A DNA stretch of 64,000 nucleotides. Source: a virus. The stretch is taken from the IMG/VR virus record IMGVR_UViG_3300020213_000001; one strand, 5' to 3'. How positions within the stretch are numbered: the stretch's first letter is position 1; each line of letters starts with the position of its first letter. Below the pieces are notes generated by a model, which made no database searches, had not been told where the DNA came from, and worked only from the letters and a program-made list of their open reading frames with translations. A program made the position numbers and the translations under genes. This document shows positions 21,101 through 29,749 of the stretch, in pieces.

Positions 21101-21663
21101 TCGGGCATTCTGAGCAGTCTAACGAAGACTTAAAGATAGCTGCAAAAACAGACATGAATAAGGGCGAAATCGGCAACGCCGTTAAGGGCACTGTAATCGC
21201 ACTAGGTCTTGCTTCTGGCATGGACCAAGTACTTGACAGAAATCAGTATAAAGCGCCAGTTAGACAGCCTACCTCCGTAGTTTCTGAAAAAACAGAGCCG
21301 GAAAAGGCTTATGACAGTGCTAAGGTAGATGCAAACGAAATTATCAGCCGAAACGACAAAAAATGGTTTTTAGGTAAATTCGGTAAAGAACTAAGCACAG
21401 TCGTATATAAGCAGTCTATTAAATCAGACCCAGAATTGAATCAGAAATACGGGTACACAAACAATCTAAGTCCTAGTGCGTTTAAGGAACTTATAAATCA
21501 TAACCCAGAAATCAGACAAGATGTATCTGGAAAACACTATGAGGGGCTTCACCAACAGTTCGGTGGGGATCATGAAAAAATACTAGGTGCCTGGAGAAAC
21601 GGCGTAAAGGCTACAAGGGTTAAGTTTAGCAACACCCAACCTATTGATATTAAAGAAAAATAG
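18184..21663 (+). CDS. Multidomain polyvalent protein: 2x ADP-ribosyltransferase-like, GNAT-like, HExxH metallopeptidase-like, C-terminal lysozyme/SLT-like
   Basis: Two HRG..SSW[TS]..A..FA..EHEVIV (R-S-E) units; QSQGLG acetyl-CoA motif; HEGLH; internal DNA duplication. Confidence 0.65.
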   Translation: MSYKKTFKKLKKKESDLNKGSLQRKMPFDPKTDVSLEDHVKTEGWQWGGKDVNLEKYTYPRENTPRIDGSARKRAMRSLHGKTEVRKHPKTGERMFLLHRGHHSDEKTGSSEKSSWTPNRVVAEDFANQYRDLKGEEEIIEGTVSSAWIPEGQIHHIPKQFGASTDINSVNLYASQDNTPEQYKKILNSASNIKKQGSSNYKREHEVIVNPHSLMHAKAGESKTSLVDSRINERQRISENSHEEGSKRANLKNFNKQPLRPVEKSEIIDLIKTPIIADQDEGFETNVLSSALSDVEVNGKNPSNVKTYKLKKDGKYYHRISRGSQTYHVISLHPDPKKEYISVLDGHIVDHPEHGEVYTAAYTGTHKDHQSQGLGSRLKKLAAYHHGKIISDGAISGSEDGSWKKVSKDPNFKVSIAQTADQNSLEAESKEESDMFNKRHVIEHKSAGGKIAASEAMSNDLNKGSLQRKMPFDPRSVPEKERNSVETWTQTRDGRDEIPEISDKNALKRGIHKLHGKTEVRKHPKTGERMFLMHRGVEAFEHDDVKEKGAHDANSSWSPSYDIAHGFAKQHTSANHDRSRKPEVLSAWISENQIHHIPSSIGEKKSDSSIKNSKFKGEHEVIVKPHGLTFSSPIKRNMSNEVEDVSLDGRINERTPNTFVESKKNKLAASEKETNDLAKMSQPTITFPKLGTNSRPDSEVQVVETPRQKKIFARKSVISYFNDKGGGAKPTPTSTIDRESKRIENSLGKRYLGVSVGSKTAAVGGKAMSAFEKPSGDNLDKLKDHMEKRNKVVRDYNDSYLGWKEKEKELASQAGTSDGHAAWLKHRTSKPDRPKLPRKPSAKKLDNSEISPKELEYRGKRIEATKQHEGLHNTLHTIKKKYGKDAFATVISKMVSKLPENTLEALNSHIKDKGYKSGDYEEVLTHARDILTDPKTRDQFKLKNKDADSHIKNIKQAHKNMYQYAKNLTPKDIGHSEQSNEDLKIAAKTDMNKGEIGNAVKGTVIALGLASGMDQVLDRNQYKAPVRQPTSVVSEKTEPEKAYDSAKVDANEIISRNDKKWFLGKFGKELSTVVYKQSIKSDPELNQKYGYTNNLSPSAFKELINHNPEIRQDVSGKHYEGLHQQFGGDHEKILGAWRNGVKATRVKFSNTQPIDIKEK

Positions 21664-21694
21664 ACATAACTCCCGTTCTGTGGTAATATAGAAC

Positions 21695-22279
21695 ATGGGA
21701 GATGTTATGAAAACAGTTATTATTCTTATTGGCCTTATCCCTAACCTGTGTTGGTCAATAGACTGTAATGAGAAGCCTATCGTTTGTCAGATTATGAAAA
21801 ATGGACAAACAGTGGGTGGTAAGTATACAATCAAAAAAGAAAAAGCAGAACAACTAGCTAAAATCATTAAGAAAGTTAGCAAAAAGCACAATATTCCTGC
21901 TAATCTGTTTGCTGCAATTCTAGCCCAAGAAAGCCTATACAACGTAGCCGCCAAGAATTGTCAAAAAGGCTTTGTAACCCCATATAGGGCTCCTGCCGGT
22001 GTAAGCACAATCTCTAGCGATATAGAAGTAAGGGTTTGCAGTGATTTTGGAATCAGCCAGATTCACTATAAAACAGTAGAGCTTTATAAGTTTGACATAA
22101 ATCGTCTCTTGTCAGATGTAGAATACTCAGTTGAGGCAGGAGCGATTGTTCTTAGCTGGTTTATTAAGACGTACAAACACGAAGAGGACGCCTTTACCCG
22201 TTATAATTGCGGACTTAAGGGTAACACAGATAGAAAAACCTGTCAGGAATATAAAAAGCTAGTAGAGCGTTTCATGTGA
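21695..22279 (+). CDS. Lytic transglycosylase (SLT) with signal peptide
   Basis: AILAQES, DFGISQI, YNCG motifs; hydrophobic N-terminus (true start may be 21707). Confidence 0.8.
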   Translation: MGDVMKTVIILIGLIPNLCWSIDCNEKPIVCQIMKNGQTVGGKYTIKKEKAEQLAKIIKKVSKKHNIPANLFAAILAQESLYNVAAKNCQKGFVTPYRAPAGVSTISSDIEVRVCSDFGISQIHYKTVELYKFDINRLLSDVEYSVEAGAIVLSWFIKTYKHEEDAFTRYNCGLKGNTDRKTCQEYKKLVERFM

Positions 22280-22605
22280 GGAATATGTCTAAAACAAAAA
22301 AAATGAATTGGGAAGAACTCACTCAGACCATTATAAACCTTGAAATTAAAAAATCTAACACAAAGCACCGCCTAAAAAAGAAAGACCTTAATAGTTTCAA
22401 TAAGTTAATCGCATCCTGTGAAAAAAACAAAAAAAAATTAATGAAAGACAGTGAGGGAAGGGGCCGCCTTTTGAACAACCTAAAATACGGTGTAGAGTAC
22501 GCTGCAAGTTGGGTAGATAGCATTGATGATTCGGTAGAGCCTGAAGACGATATATTAAAAGAAATTTCAAGCTGGCTAGACAGTACAAGTGATTGGAATG
22601 ACTAG
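22276..22605 (+). CDS. Hypothetical protein
   Basis: ORF overlapping the SLT stop. Confidence 0.5.
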   Translation: MRNMSKTKKMNWEELTQTIINLEIKKSNTKHRLKKKDLNSFNKLIASCEKNKKKLMKDSEGRGRLLNNLKYGVEYAASWVDSIDDSVEPEDDILKEISSWLDSTSDWND

Positions 22606-22659
22606 ATAATCATTGCAAAAACACCTTTAAAATAGCAATCTTTTAGCTACGAGGTGTGT

Positions 22660-23190
22660 ATGGTTATTCAAGAAAGTGAAATCAAAGAAATCAAAACAAT
22701 AGGTACCCTAAACGGTCAAGACGTAAAGGTAATTATCACTAAGGGTGGTTTCTGTGCTGGATTGGGCCTTAAAAGACCTAACTCACAGCCAGAGGCATTG
22801 GCTGCTGCAGCTCATCCAGGAATCGTAAAATATCAAATTGAAAAAGCTTATGGGAGCGCCTTTAAGGCTGCTCTTTGTAAGTCCGAGTCGCAACAGTCCT
22901 ACGATGTTGAAGACAAAACACACACACTACCCGAAATGGTCAAGAAAGCTGGATTTGAACTTTATGTTTTGAGCAAATCCAATGAAGTAGACTTCATTAT
23001 CAGCAAAAATGGAATAAGCATTGCTAAATATGAAACCTATCTAGCCGATAATCAACTGGTTATCAGTAAATACGAATTTAAAGATTTCATATCTCCCAAT
23101 CGTTTTGTTTCAGATGTACTAGGAAAAACCATTGCAGATAAGGCTAAACAGCTAGGTGCAACGAGCATTACCAATGACCAATCTAGTTGA
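22660..23190 (+). CDS. Hypothetical, probably virion-associated protein
   Basis: ATG after GAGGTG and GCAATCTTTT; internal LCKSE motif. Confidence 0.55.
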   Translation: MVIQESEIKEIKTIGTLNGQDVKVIITKGGFCAGLGLKRPNSQPEALAAAAHPGIVKYQIEKAYGSAFKAALCKSESQQSYDVEDKTHTLPEMVKKAGFELYVLSKSNEVDFIISKNGISIAKYETYLADNQLVISKYEFKDFISPNRFVSDVLGKTIADKAKQLGATSITNDQSS

Positions 23191-23374
23191 GATTACAAAA
23201 ATAATCAATAAAAAGAAAGAAGATGATTTCATAAGGAAATTAGATCTTCAAGCATCTTATGTTGCCCTTGAAATGTGTCTAAAAACTATTGAAATCAATA
23301 GCTTACCAGAGTTGAAAAGTATTAAAGAGTCAATTAAGAAAACCATGAAATTATTGGCTAGTAAGGAAAGATGA
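23174..23374 (+). CDS. Hypothetical protein
   Basis: Short ORF coupled to both neighbours. Confidence 0.45.
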   Translation: MTNLVEITKIINKKKEDDFIRKLDLQASYVALEMCLKTIEINSLPELKSIKESIKKTMKLLASKER

Positions 23375-24288
23375 GTAACGTACCTGCCAAGGGCAATCAA
23401 CTAATAACACTTCCCGTGTCTCCATTTGAATTGGAGCAGATTAGCTTTAACACCGAAAAGATGAATCAACTCATTACGTCTCACGGTGTTACGTTTCAAC
23501 ACTATAGGGCTATCCCATCTCCAATTGGTCTAAAGGACCGTGGCGATTACAGACGCAGCGAAACCCTAGACACTATATCAGAAAACGGCTTTATTTATAA
23601 AAAGTGTGGTATTTTCAATGGAGTGATGCTCTCCAACAACAAAAGCAAGCCAGATATTGAGGGTGGAACTTTCGACGCTTCTCACGCTAGAGTTACCCTG
23701 CCCATGTACTACAGAGAGGACTCTCCAGAACACGCTAATGAGAGAATTCACCTAGCTCCAGGCGATAGACTCTTTTTCGCCGAAGTAGCCCAGGAAGAGC
23801 AGGACGTGGTTAACTATCAAAAGGTTAACTACAACTCATTTGGAGACGATTTCCTTCAGTTTCCAGCTACTTGCGTTGAATTTATAATAGACTCCCTAGG
23901 GCGTGAATATAAGTACGGATTTGATTTTACGACATCTAAGGACGGAAATATACGCTGGATTGACGGGGCTAAAAATCCAGGGATAGATCCTGACACCGGC
24001 AAGGGCCGTGTTTATGGGATTAGATACAGATATGCCGCTTATTACTACATAACGTCAATTGTAAATGAAGTCAGGATAGGGAAGACCACAGAGGGTGGAA
24101 TAAGAAAAGACACACGTTTTCCATACCAGATTACTATTCAGAGGGAATACTGTTTCCATAATAGGGTTAACGGAGACTCTGTAAGTTCCAGTAAAGAGAC
24201 AAAAACAGAGAGAACTGTAGCCAAACCAGAAGAGAACATTGACCCTGTCAGGAACGTAATAAAAGTGAACGTAAGCAGTTTCGAATAA
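23371..24288 (+). CDS. Putative neck/head-closure protein
   Basis: Size and position in the structural operon; ENGFIY and YGIRY patterns. Confidence 0.5.
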   Translation: MSNVPAKGNQLITLPVSPFELEQISFNTEKMNQLITSHGVTFQHYRAIPSPIGLKDRGDYRRSETLDTISENGFIYKKCGIFNGVMLSNNKSKPDIEGGTFDASHARVTLPMYYREDSPEHANERIHLAPGDRLFFAEVAQEEQDVVNYQKVNYNSFGDDFLQFPATCVEFIIDSLGREYKYGFDFTTSKDGNIRWIDGAKNPGIDPDTGKGRVYGIRYRYAAYYYITSIVNEVRIGKTTEGGIRKDTRFPYQITIQREYCFHNRVNGDSVSSSKETKTERTVAKPEENIDPVRNVIKVNVSSFE

Positions 24289-24317
24289 ACGCAATCTTTT
24301 AGTAAATTGGAGTATAT

Positions 24318-24797
24318 ATGAGCACTAAAGCCGCTAAAAATGTAATGATGAGGAACACTTCCTATAATTGGGTATCGGACGATATCCAGAATCTTATTTT
24401 CAATCACGCAGTAGGTGCTCAAAAAAATATTTCAGTTGAACCTGTAATTAAGAGTACTTACACAGCTAGCGATATCGTTCCATTCGGATCTTTGGTAAAA
24501 CTGAACGCCGCCGCTACTTCCTATAACATGCTATGTCTTGGGCGCGCTTTTTCTGGCGCATCTTCTTATAGGATTGGAAACATAGTAACACAGGGTGGAA
24601 ACATCTACATTGCCAACGTTGATATCCAAATCGGTCACGCTTTTACGGCTACCGAGTGGATTTTGGTTGCATCGGCGACTATTTCAGGAATTCCGGTTAC
24701 TGGCGGCTCTACAGTTTGTGTTGGTAAATATCACAACGCAGTGAGTGAGGCAGGGTTTCTAGTTGAAGACGACAGCACCTTTGGACAGCGCAGATAA
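24318..24797 (+). CDS. Putative structural protein with a small carbohydrate-binding-like module
   Basis: FSGASSYRIGNIVTQGGNIYIA...W resembles CBM5/12-type repeats. Confidence 0.45.
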   Translation: MSTKAAKNVMMRNTSYNWVSDDIQNLIFNHAVGAQKNISVEPVIKSTYTASDIVPFGSLVKLNAAATSYNMLCLGRAFSGASSYRIGNIVTQGGNIYIANVDIQIGHAFTATEWILVASATISGIPVTGGSTVCVGKYHNAVSEAGFLVEDDSTFGQRR

Positions 24798-25753
24798 TGA
24801 ATAAAATTCTTTGCGTTGAAGTGGTCAAAAAACTACTTGGCGATGACTTTTTCACTGAGTTTAAAAAATCCGAACTAGGAAGTTTGGGTATTTATAAAGA
24901 GTCCAGTAAGACTTCATTAGATCCAGAAGAGATTAAAATTGCACTACAGATTGTGCCTAAGACCATTCTAAGCTGGCTAATACACAATCTAAGGCCATTG
25001 CCAGAAAGAGGTATAGCGAAGCTAGTCCTTCCGTTTGTTAACGCCACATTGAGCCTTAACAAGATATCAAACGATGTTTATAGCGGTGAAGTGATTAAAG
25101 ACGGTATAATTTTAAATAAATTTAAATACAGGTCACTACCAGGTATCGGTTTAATTTTAATGAGTACCTTTGAGCTTTACGATATCCAAACCATCGAACC
25201 AGCTCCCAAAGAGCACTCTGCGTCTTTGCAGGATATGATTGACGAAAGGATTAAGCTAAACTCACTAATCCAAAGCGTTGTTGATAAAAAACTAAGTGAG
25301 AGAGATGCTATTCAGCAAATTATAAACGACCGTTTAAACGACCACTTCAGCCAGCAAGAACATTCTGAAGACGAAAAACAAGAAGACGGCGAAGAAGACG
25401 GCGAAGAAGACGGAGAAGAGCCAGAAGTAGACGACTTAGAGGTTGTCAGTGATTCTGGTGATGATATTATGAATTCAGACAAAAAAAGTAAACTAAAAAC
25501 ATTCCTTGAAGGGCGTGAAAAAAAACGTAAAGAAAAGGTTGATTTAGGTAAGTCTATTGACTGTATTGATTGTGGCACTAAGTTGTATAAGGGGTTGCAA
25601 TCAATAAACCTGTGTATCTGTTATGGTGATTTCTTTAATAAAAACATCAAAATCAAGAAAACAGAAGACGGGTCTATAAAGCTAAAGTTTCCAAAGGATT
25701 TTAGTAACGATAATGTAGACATGTTGCTAAACACTATAAAAAATAATAAGTAA
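24797..25753 (+). CDS. Hypothetical protein with acidic linker and C-terminal Cys cluster
   Basis: EDGE repeats; CIDC...CIC; FKKSE and LGKS motifs. Confidence 0.55.
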   Translation: MNKILCVEVVKKLLGDDFFTEFKKSELGSLGIYKESSKTSLDPEEIKIALQIVPKTILSWLIHNLRPLPERGIAKLVLPFVNATLSLNKISNDVYSGEVIKDGIILNKFKYRSLPGIGLILMSTFELYDIQTIEPAPKEHSASLQDMIDERIKLNSLIQSVVDKKLSERDAIQQIINDRLNDHFSQQEHSEDEKQEDGEEDGEEDGEEPEVDDLEVVSDSGDDIMNSDKKSKLKTFLEGREKKRKEKVDLGKSIDCIDCGTKLYKGLQSINLCICYGDFFNKNIKIKKTEDGSIKLKFPKDFSNDNVDMLLNTIKNNK

Positions 25754-25764
25754 CTGGAGTATAT

Positions 25765-27387
25765 ATGGGTTTTGTTTATTTAAATTTGAACGGCGACGAA
25801 ATTGGCGAAAACATTGGCAATGCAGTAGCCTCTAATGATGAAGAAGGCCTTGGCCAAATGAGCAACACTCTTAAAGATGCCCACCGGGCTTTTGAAGAGT
25901 GGATAGAATCTGTAGGAGGAATGGTTATCGTTTCCAGCGGTGACGAGTCACTTTGTAAGATTCCTGCAGAAGCCTATAATGAAGAAACTATTGAAGGTCT
26001 TCGTCAACAATACGAGCAAATGACAGGACACACAGCTACCGTTGGCGTTGGCAATAGCATGTCTGAGGCAGCCAAAGCCCTTATCTACGGTAAAATGAAC
26101 GAAAAGAATCAGGTTGTTCAATACGATCCTATGATTGAGGATTATATCAATTCAGACGAGGAAGCTTCTGAACAAGTAGAGGATATCGTTTCCGCTGAAG
26201 GACAGGCCGGAGGACAGGCTGAAGGACAGGCTGAAGGACAGGCCGGAGGCTATCCCGTTGATGAAGAGTTTCAAAACAACAATATTGCTCAAAATTCACC
26301 AGACGAGTCAACACAGAGTCAAATGCCAGATGAAAGTCTAATGGATGAAGGGCAGATGTCAGAAGAAGACGCATCTGTAAGCCCTGAAGATAAGCTAAAA
26401 CAATTTGTAGCTGCCGATGTTGATGGCGACGGAGATATCGACGACGTTGCTGAAGTTAGTGATCAAGACGGAGATGGCGATATCGATCAAGAAGACGCCT
26501 CATCTTTGGTTAGCGATATGATTCACGCCAACATGGGTGGAGATGAAGATCAGGAAATGGAAGGTCAGGAAATGGAAGGCCAGGAGATGGGCGAAGAGGA
26601 ACTGGACGAAGAGGAAATTTCTCAAGCAATTCAAGAATTAAGTCAGGAAGATTTGGCTGAAGGTCATAGCTTTGAAGATGAAGAGCAGTCTGAAGAAGGC
26701 ATGGACGATCAGCTAAAACAAGATATCATGAACTCTCTTTCTGCCTTTAAAGATAATCAACAGATGCTAGAGCAGGCTAAGGAGCAAAACCCAAGTCTTT
26801 ATAGTGCTACCATTACGATGCTTCGCGCTATGATTGAAATGGCAAAGCGCCTTAGTGTAAACCCTGCACCTGAACTTGAAGAAGGCATGGAAGAAGATTT
26901 GGATCAAATGGGAGATGAAGGGCAGATGCCTGAGCAGGAAATGTCCGGCGAAGAAGAAATGCTTATGGAAGACGAAGATTCTGCTTATGACAAACCCTTC
27001 TCAGGTGAGGAAGGCACGGAAGAAAGCACGGAAGAAGGCATGGAAGAAGAGTCTGAAGAGCCCACTGAAGAGATGGAAGAAGAAAGCGAAGAACCTAAGA
27101 AAGAAAATAAAAAGCCAGCCTTCATGAAAAATGAAGAAATGAATAAGCAAGAGAAGGGTGTAAATACAAATCTTGTATCGCAAGACGCTATGAAAAATAA
27201 GGGAGAGTCTGACGCTGGTAGAAACGTCAGAAGAGCAGCAAAATTCAAAAAAATCGGTCTACATGATGTAGCTAAAGAACAAAAAAATGCAGCAAAAAGA
27301 TTTGGTAAGTGGGCCTTAGATGATTTAAAATCTCAAAAAAAGCCAAACCTTCCTAAGAGTGAGGAAGCGTCTTCCTCAAAAAAGTAA
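25765..27387 (+). CDS. mCpol-like (Cas10/GGDEF-type palm) domain fused to a long acidic region with EF-hand-like loops
   Basis: YLNLNGDEIG...GGMVIVSSGDE...TATVGVG..MSEA.KAL.YGK..KNQV; DVDGDGDID and DQDGDGDID loops. Confidence 0.65.
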   Translation: MGFVYLNLNGDEIGENIGNAVASNDEEGLGQMSNTLKDAHRAFEEWIESVGGMVIVSSGDESLCKIPAEAYNEETIEGLRQQYEQMTGHTATVGVGNSMSEAAKALIYGKMNEKNQVVQYDPMIEDYINSDEEASEQVEDIVSAEGQAGGQAEGQAEGQAGGYPVDEEFQNNNIAQNSPDESTQSQMPDESLMDEGQMSEEDASVSPEDKLKQFVAADVDGDGDIDDVAEVSDQDGDGDIDQEDASSLVSDMIHANMGGDEDQEMEGQEMEGQEMGEEELDEEEISQAIQELSQEDLAEGHSFEDEEQSEEGMDDQLKQDIMNSLSAFKDNQQMLEQAKEQNPSLYSATITMLRAMIEMAKRLSVNPAPELEEGMEEDLDQMGDEGQMPEQEMSGEEEMLMEDEDSAYDKPFSGEEGTEESTEEGMEEESEEPTEEMEEESEEPKKENKKPAFMKNEEMNKQEKGVNTNLVSQDAMKNKGESDAGRNVRRAAKFKKIGLHDVAKEQKNAAKRFGKWALDDLKSQKKPNLPKSEEASSSKK

Positions 27388-27401
27388 TTAGGCAAGACTC
27401 T

Positions 27402-27722
27402 TTGGCTAAGAGTATTTTGCCTAATGTTACTTTGCCTAAGATTTATTTGCCTAAGATTGCTACCAAGCGAATCATCAAAAAGCCAGTCCCCATTGGGGCT
27501 ACTAAAAACGGTAAGACTAAGGTTATTAGCCTTGGCGGTAGAAGCAGTTGGCGTCAAACCTCTAAGGGTATCACTGGTATGGACGAAAGGAATATGCCGA
27601 CGACTAAAAAACCAGACATGTCTAATGTAAAGGCTAAACCTACACACAGAGTCCATAACGCGGCAGGTGCTAAATCAGGATCTACAGACACTGGCGATCA
27701 CCACACCAAACCGGCGGGGTAA
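27402..27722 (+). CDS. Small basic protein
   Basis: Lys-rich ORF whose stop overlaps the next start; TTG start uncertain. Confidence 0.45.
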   Translation: MAKSILPNVTLPKIYLPKIATKRIIKKPVPIGATKNGKTKVISLGGRSSWRQTSKGITGMDERNMPTTKKPDMSNVKAKPTHRVHNAAGAKSGSTDTGDHHTKPAG

Positions 27723-28486
27723 TGGCAAATTTAAAGTTTGAAATTGACGTTTCTTCGATAACCAGTCAGTTCCTTGAGTTAAAAAAAGAAGTAGAAACAA
27801 CCGTTAAAGAGGCTGCCGGTGGACTAGCCGCATCTACACATGCTAAATTGCTTGAATTGGCATCTACTGAGCTTGGATCACTATCAACTAAATATAAAGA
27901 TTCAATTACATTCGAACAGCTTGAAGAGGGTCTTTGGATCGTAAATCTAGACGCAAAAGCTGTTTGGATAGAAGATGGAAGAAAATCAGGTTTCCAGGAA
28001 GAGCTTCTTAGTGGCAAATCCTCCAAAAGGAACAAAAAAGGAGAGCGTTATGCCGTTATTCCTTTTGAACATTCTAAACCTCCATCTCAACAAAGTACTT
28101 CTGCCAAAGCCTTAACAGACCAGATTAGGGACTATTTAAAGAAAAATAACATAAACTACAAAAAGATTGAAAATAATGCCGATGGGAGCCCAAAGCTTGG
28201 GCTGGTTAAAAGGTTCAATGTTGAATCAGCAAAGCTAAAGCCTAATCATAAAGACAGTCCATTGCAAGGTGTTAGTATTTATCAGAGAATTGATAAGAAA
28301 ACAGGCAAAGTACAGAGAGATACCCTAACCTTTAGGATAATTAGCGAATCAATGCGCGGAACAGGTAAGTGGGAACATCCGGGAATGCAGGGCGCTCACC
28401 TAATGATCAAGACCTTAGCCTGGGCCGAGTACGAGTGGGAAACAAAAATTCTTCCAGCTATTATGGAAAAGTTTAACGGTAAATAA
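27722..28486 (+). CDS. Putative neck/tail-completion protein
   Basis: WIEDG, YAVIPFEH, TFRIISE, WEHPG patterns; upstream of the sheath gene. Confidence 0.55.
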   Translation: MANLKFEIDVSSITSQFLELKKEVETTVKEAAGGLAASTHAKLLELASTELGSLSTKYKDSITFEQLEEGLWIVNLDAKAVWIEDGRKSGFQEELLSGKSSKRNKKGERYAVIPFEHSKPPSQQSTSAKALTDQIRDYLKKNNINYKKIENNADGSPKLGLVKRFNVESAKLKPNHKDSPLQGVSIYQRIDKKTGKVQRDTLTFRIISESMRGTGKWEHPGMQGAHLMIKTLAWAEYEWETKILPAIMEKFNGK

Positions 28487-28489
28487 TAT

Positions 28490-29476
28490 ATGATAAGCAC
28501 TACTGAAACATTAATCAAAGAAATCATAGACTTAGCTGTTAATGATCTCAAAAACAATCTTTGGCTAGTCGAGGATATTCTATCTGATTTTATTGAAAAC
28601 CCTATCCTTTCACGTAAATTCGGCATGAAGGAAATTGACAGGTGTAAGGAGTGGCTAACAAACAACAAAATTCACTATTTTCAAAAACTTAGACAAGATT
28701 CTGAGCAATTTCCATGTGTTACAATCTCCATGGGAGAAAGTTTTGAGGATAAGTCGTTAACTACGCTCGGAGATGCTACGATTGATGTAATTGAATTAGA
28801 CCCCTCTAGCATATCAAAACCCATTGCATACATTGTAAAGCCTTTTCAGGTTGTCAGTTATAATCAAGCAACCGGCATAGTTAAAATACCAAACAACACT
28901 GACGGGGCTAAGTATATTTCAGAAGGCCAAATTGCAGTAGACCCAGAAACAGGTAACGGGTATGTCATTCTAGAGAAAAAAAGCAGCACTACATTTAAAA
29001 TAGAGCCAGGAACAGAGCTGGATGTTGATAGTTTGGCTATTATCCCTAAATATCAAATGTACAGGGCCCGCAGAGAGGGAATTATAACCCAGGAAACCTT
29101 CAATATTGGATGCCATGTCCATGGTGATCCATCCACACTGCTATTCCTTTTTGCTATTGTTAAATATGCCCTATTGCGCTATAGAGAGGGCTTGCTAGAG
29201 TACAACAATTTCCAGCTAAGCTCCTTAAGATTTTCAGACATGATCAAAAACGATGCTTTTGGTGCAGACAACGTCTATTCACGTTTTGTTGTGTTGTCCG
29301 GTCAAGTAGAGGAAAGTTGGCTAAAAACCCCATATAGAGTCGTGGAAGCTATTGATTTTACTTGCAGGGAGGCCCTAGACGGTAGCATAGGGTTAAATAT
29401 CCTCTCTAATCTTGATACTAGTGAAGATACGGACGAAGCAGACAACGGCGTTTGGCGAACTAAGAAAGACAATTAA
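28490..29476 (+). CDS. Putative tail terminator/completion protein
   Basis: FPCVTISM pattern; upstream of the sheath gene. Confidence 0.5.
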   Translation: MISTTETLIKEIIDLAVNDLKNNLWLVEDILSDFIENPILSRKFGMKEIDRCKEWLTNNKIHYFQKLRQDSEQFPCVTISMGESFEDKSLTTLGDATIDVIELDPSSISKPIAYIVKPFQVVSYNQATGIVKIPNNTDGAKYISEGQIAVDPETGNGYVILEKKSSTTFKIEPGTELDVDSLAIIPKYQMYRARREGIITQETFNIGCHVHGDPSTLLFLFAIVKYALLRYREGLLEYNNFQLSSLRFSDMIKNDAFGADNVYSRFVVLSGQVEESWLKTPYRVVEAIDFTCREALDGSIGLNILSNLDTSEDTDEADNGVWRTKKDN

Positions 29477-29491
29477 AACAATCTTATACCT

Positions 29492-29716
29492 ATGAAATAT
29501 AAAGAACAAGAATTAAAAATAATAGCCAAAAGCCTGTATAAGTCGGTTAAGAAACGTCTAAGTGATGAAAAACACATAATTAATGACTTCATGGATGCCG
29601 ACTACATAGCAGAAGAAAAGCACAGGGTTAAGCCTTCCAAGACAAAGAATTTATGGAAAGAAGAGAAGGGAACCAAGAAGCTAAAGAAATTTATAGAAAA
29701 AACAAGAAAAACTTAA
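29492..29716 (+). CDS. Small basic hypothetical protein
   Basis: ORF; KLKKFIEK is shared with the next protein. Confidence 0.5.
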   Translation: MKYKEQELKIIAKSLYKSVKKRLSDEKHIINDFMDADYIAEEKHRVKPSKTKNLWKEEKGTKKLKKFIEKTRKT

Positions 29717-29749
29717 TCTTTACACTATTGAAACTTATGAGGAAATGCT

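Noticed and set aside
25765-26130. Type III CRISPR Cas10 or canonical diguanylate cyclase
   Set aside because: Only a ~120-aa minimal palm; no HD or second palm domain, no GG[DE]EF, no cas neighbours
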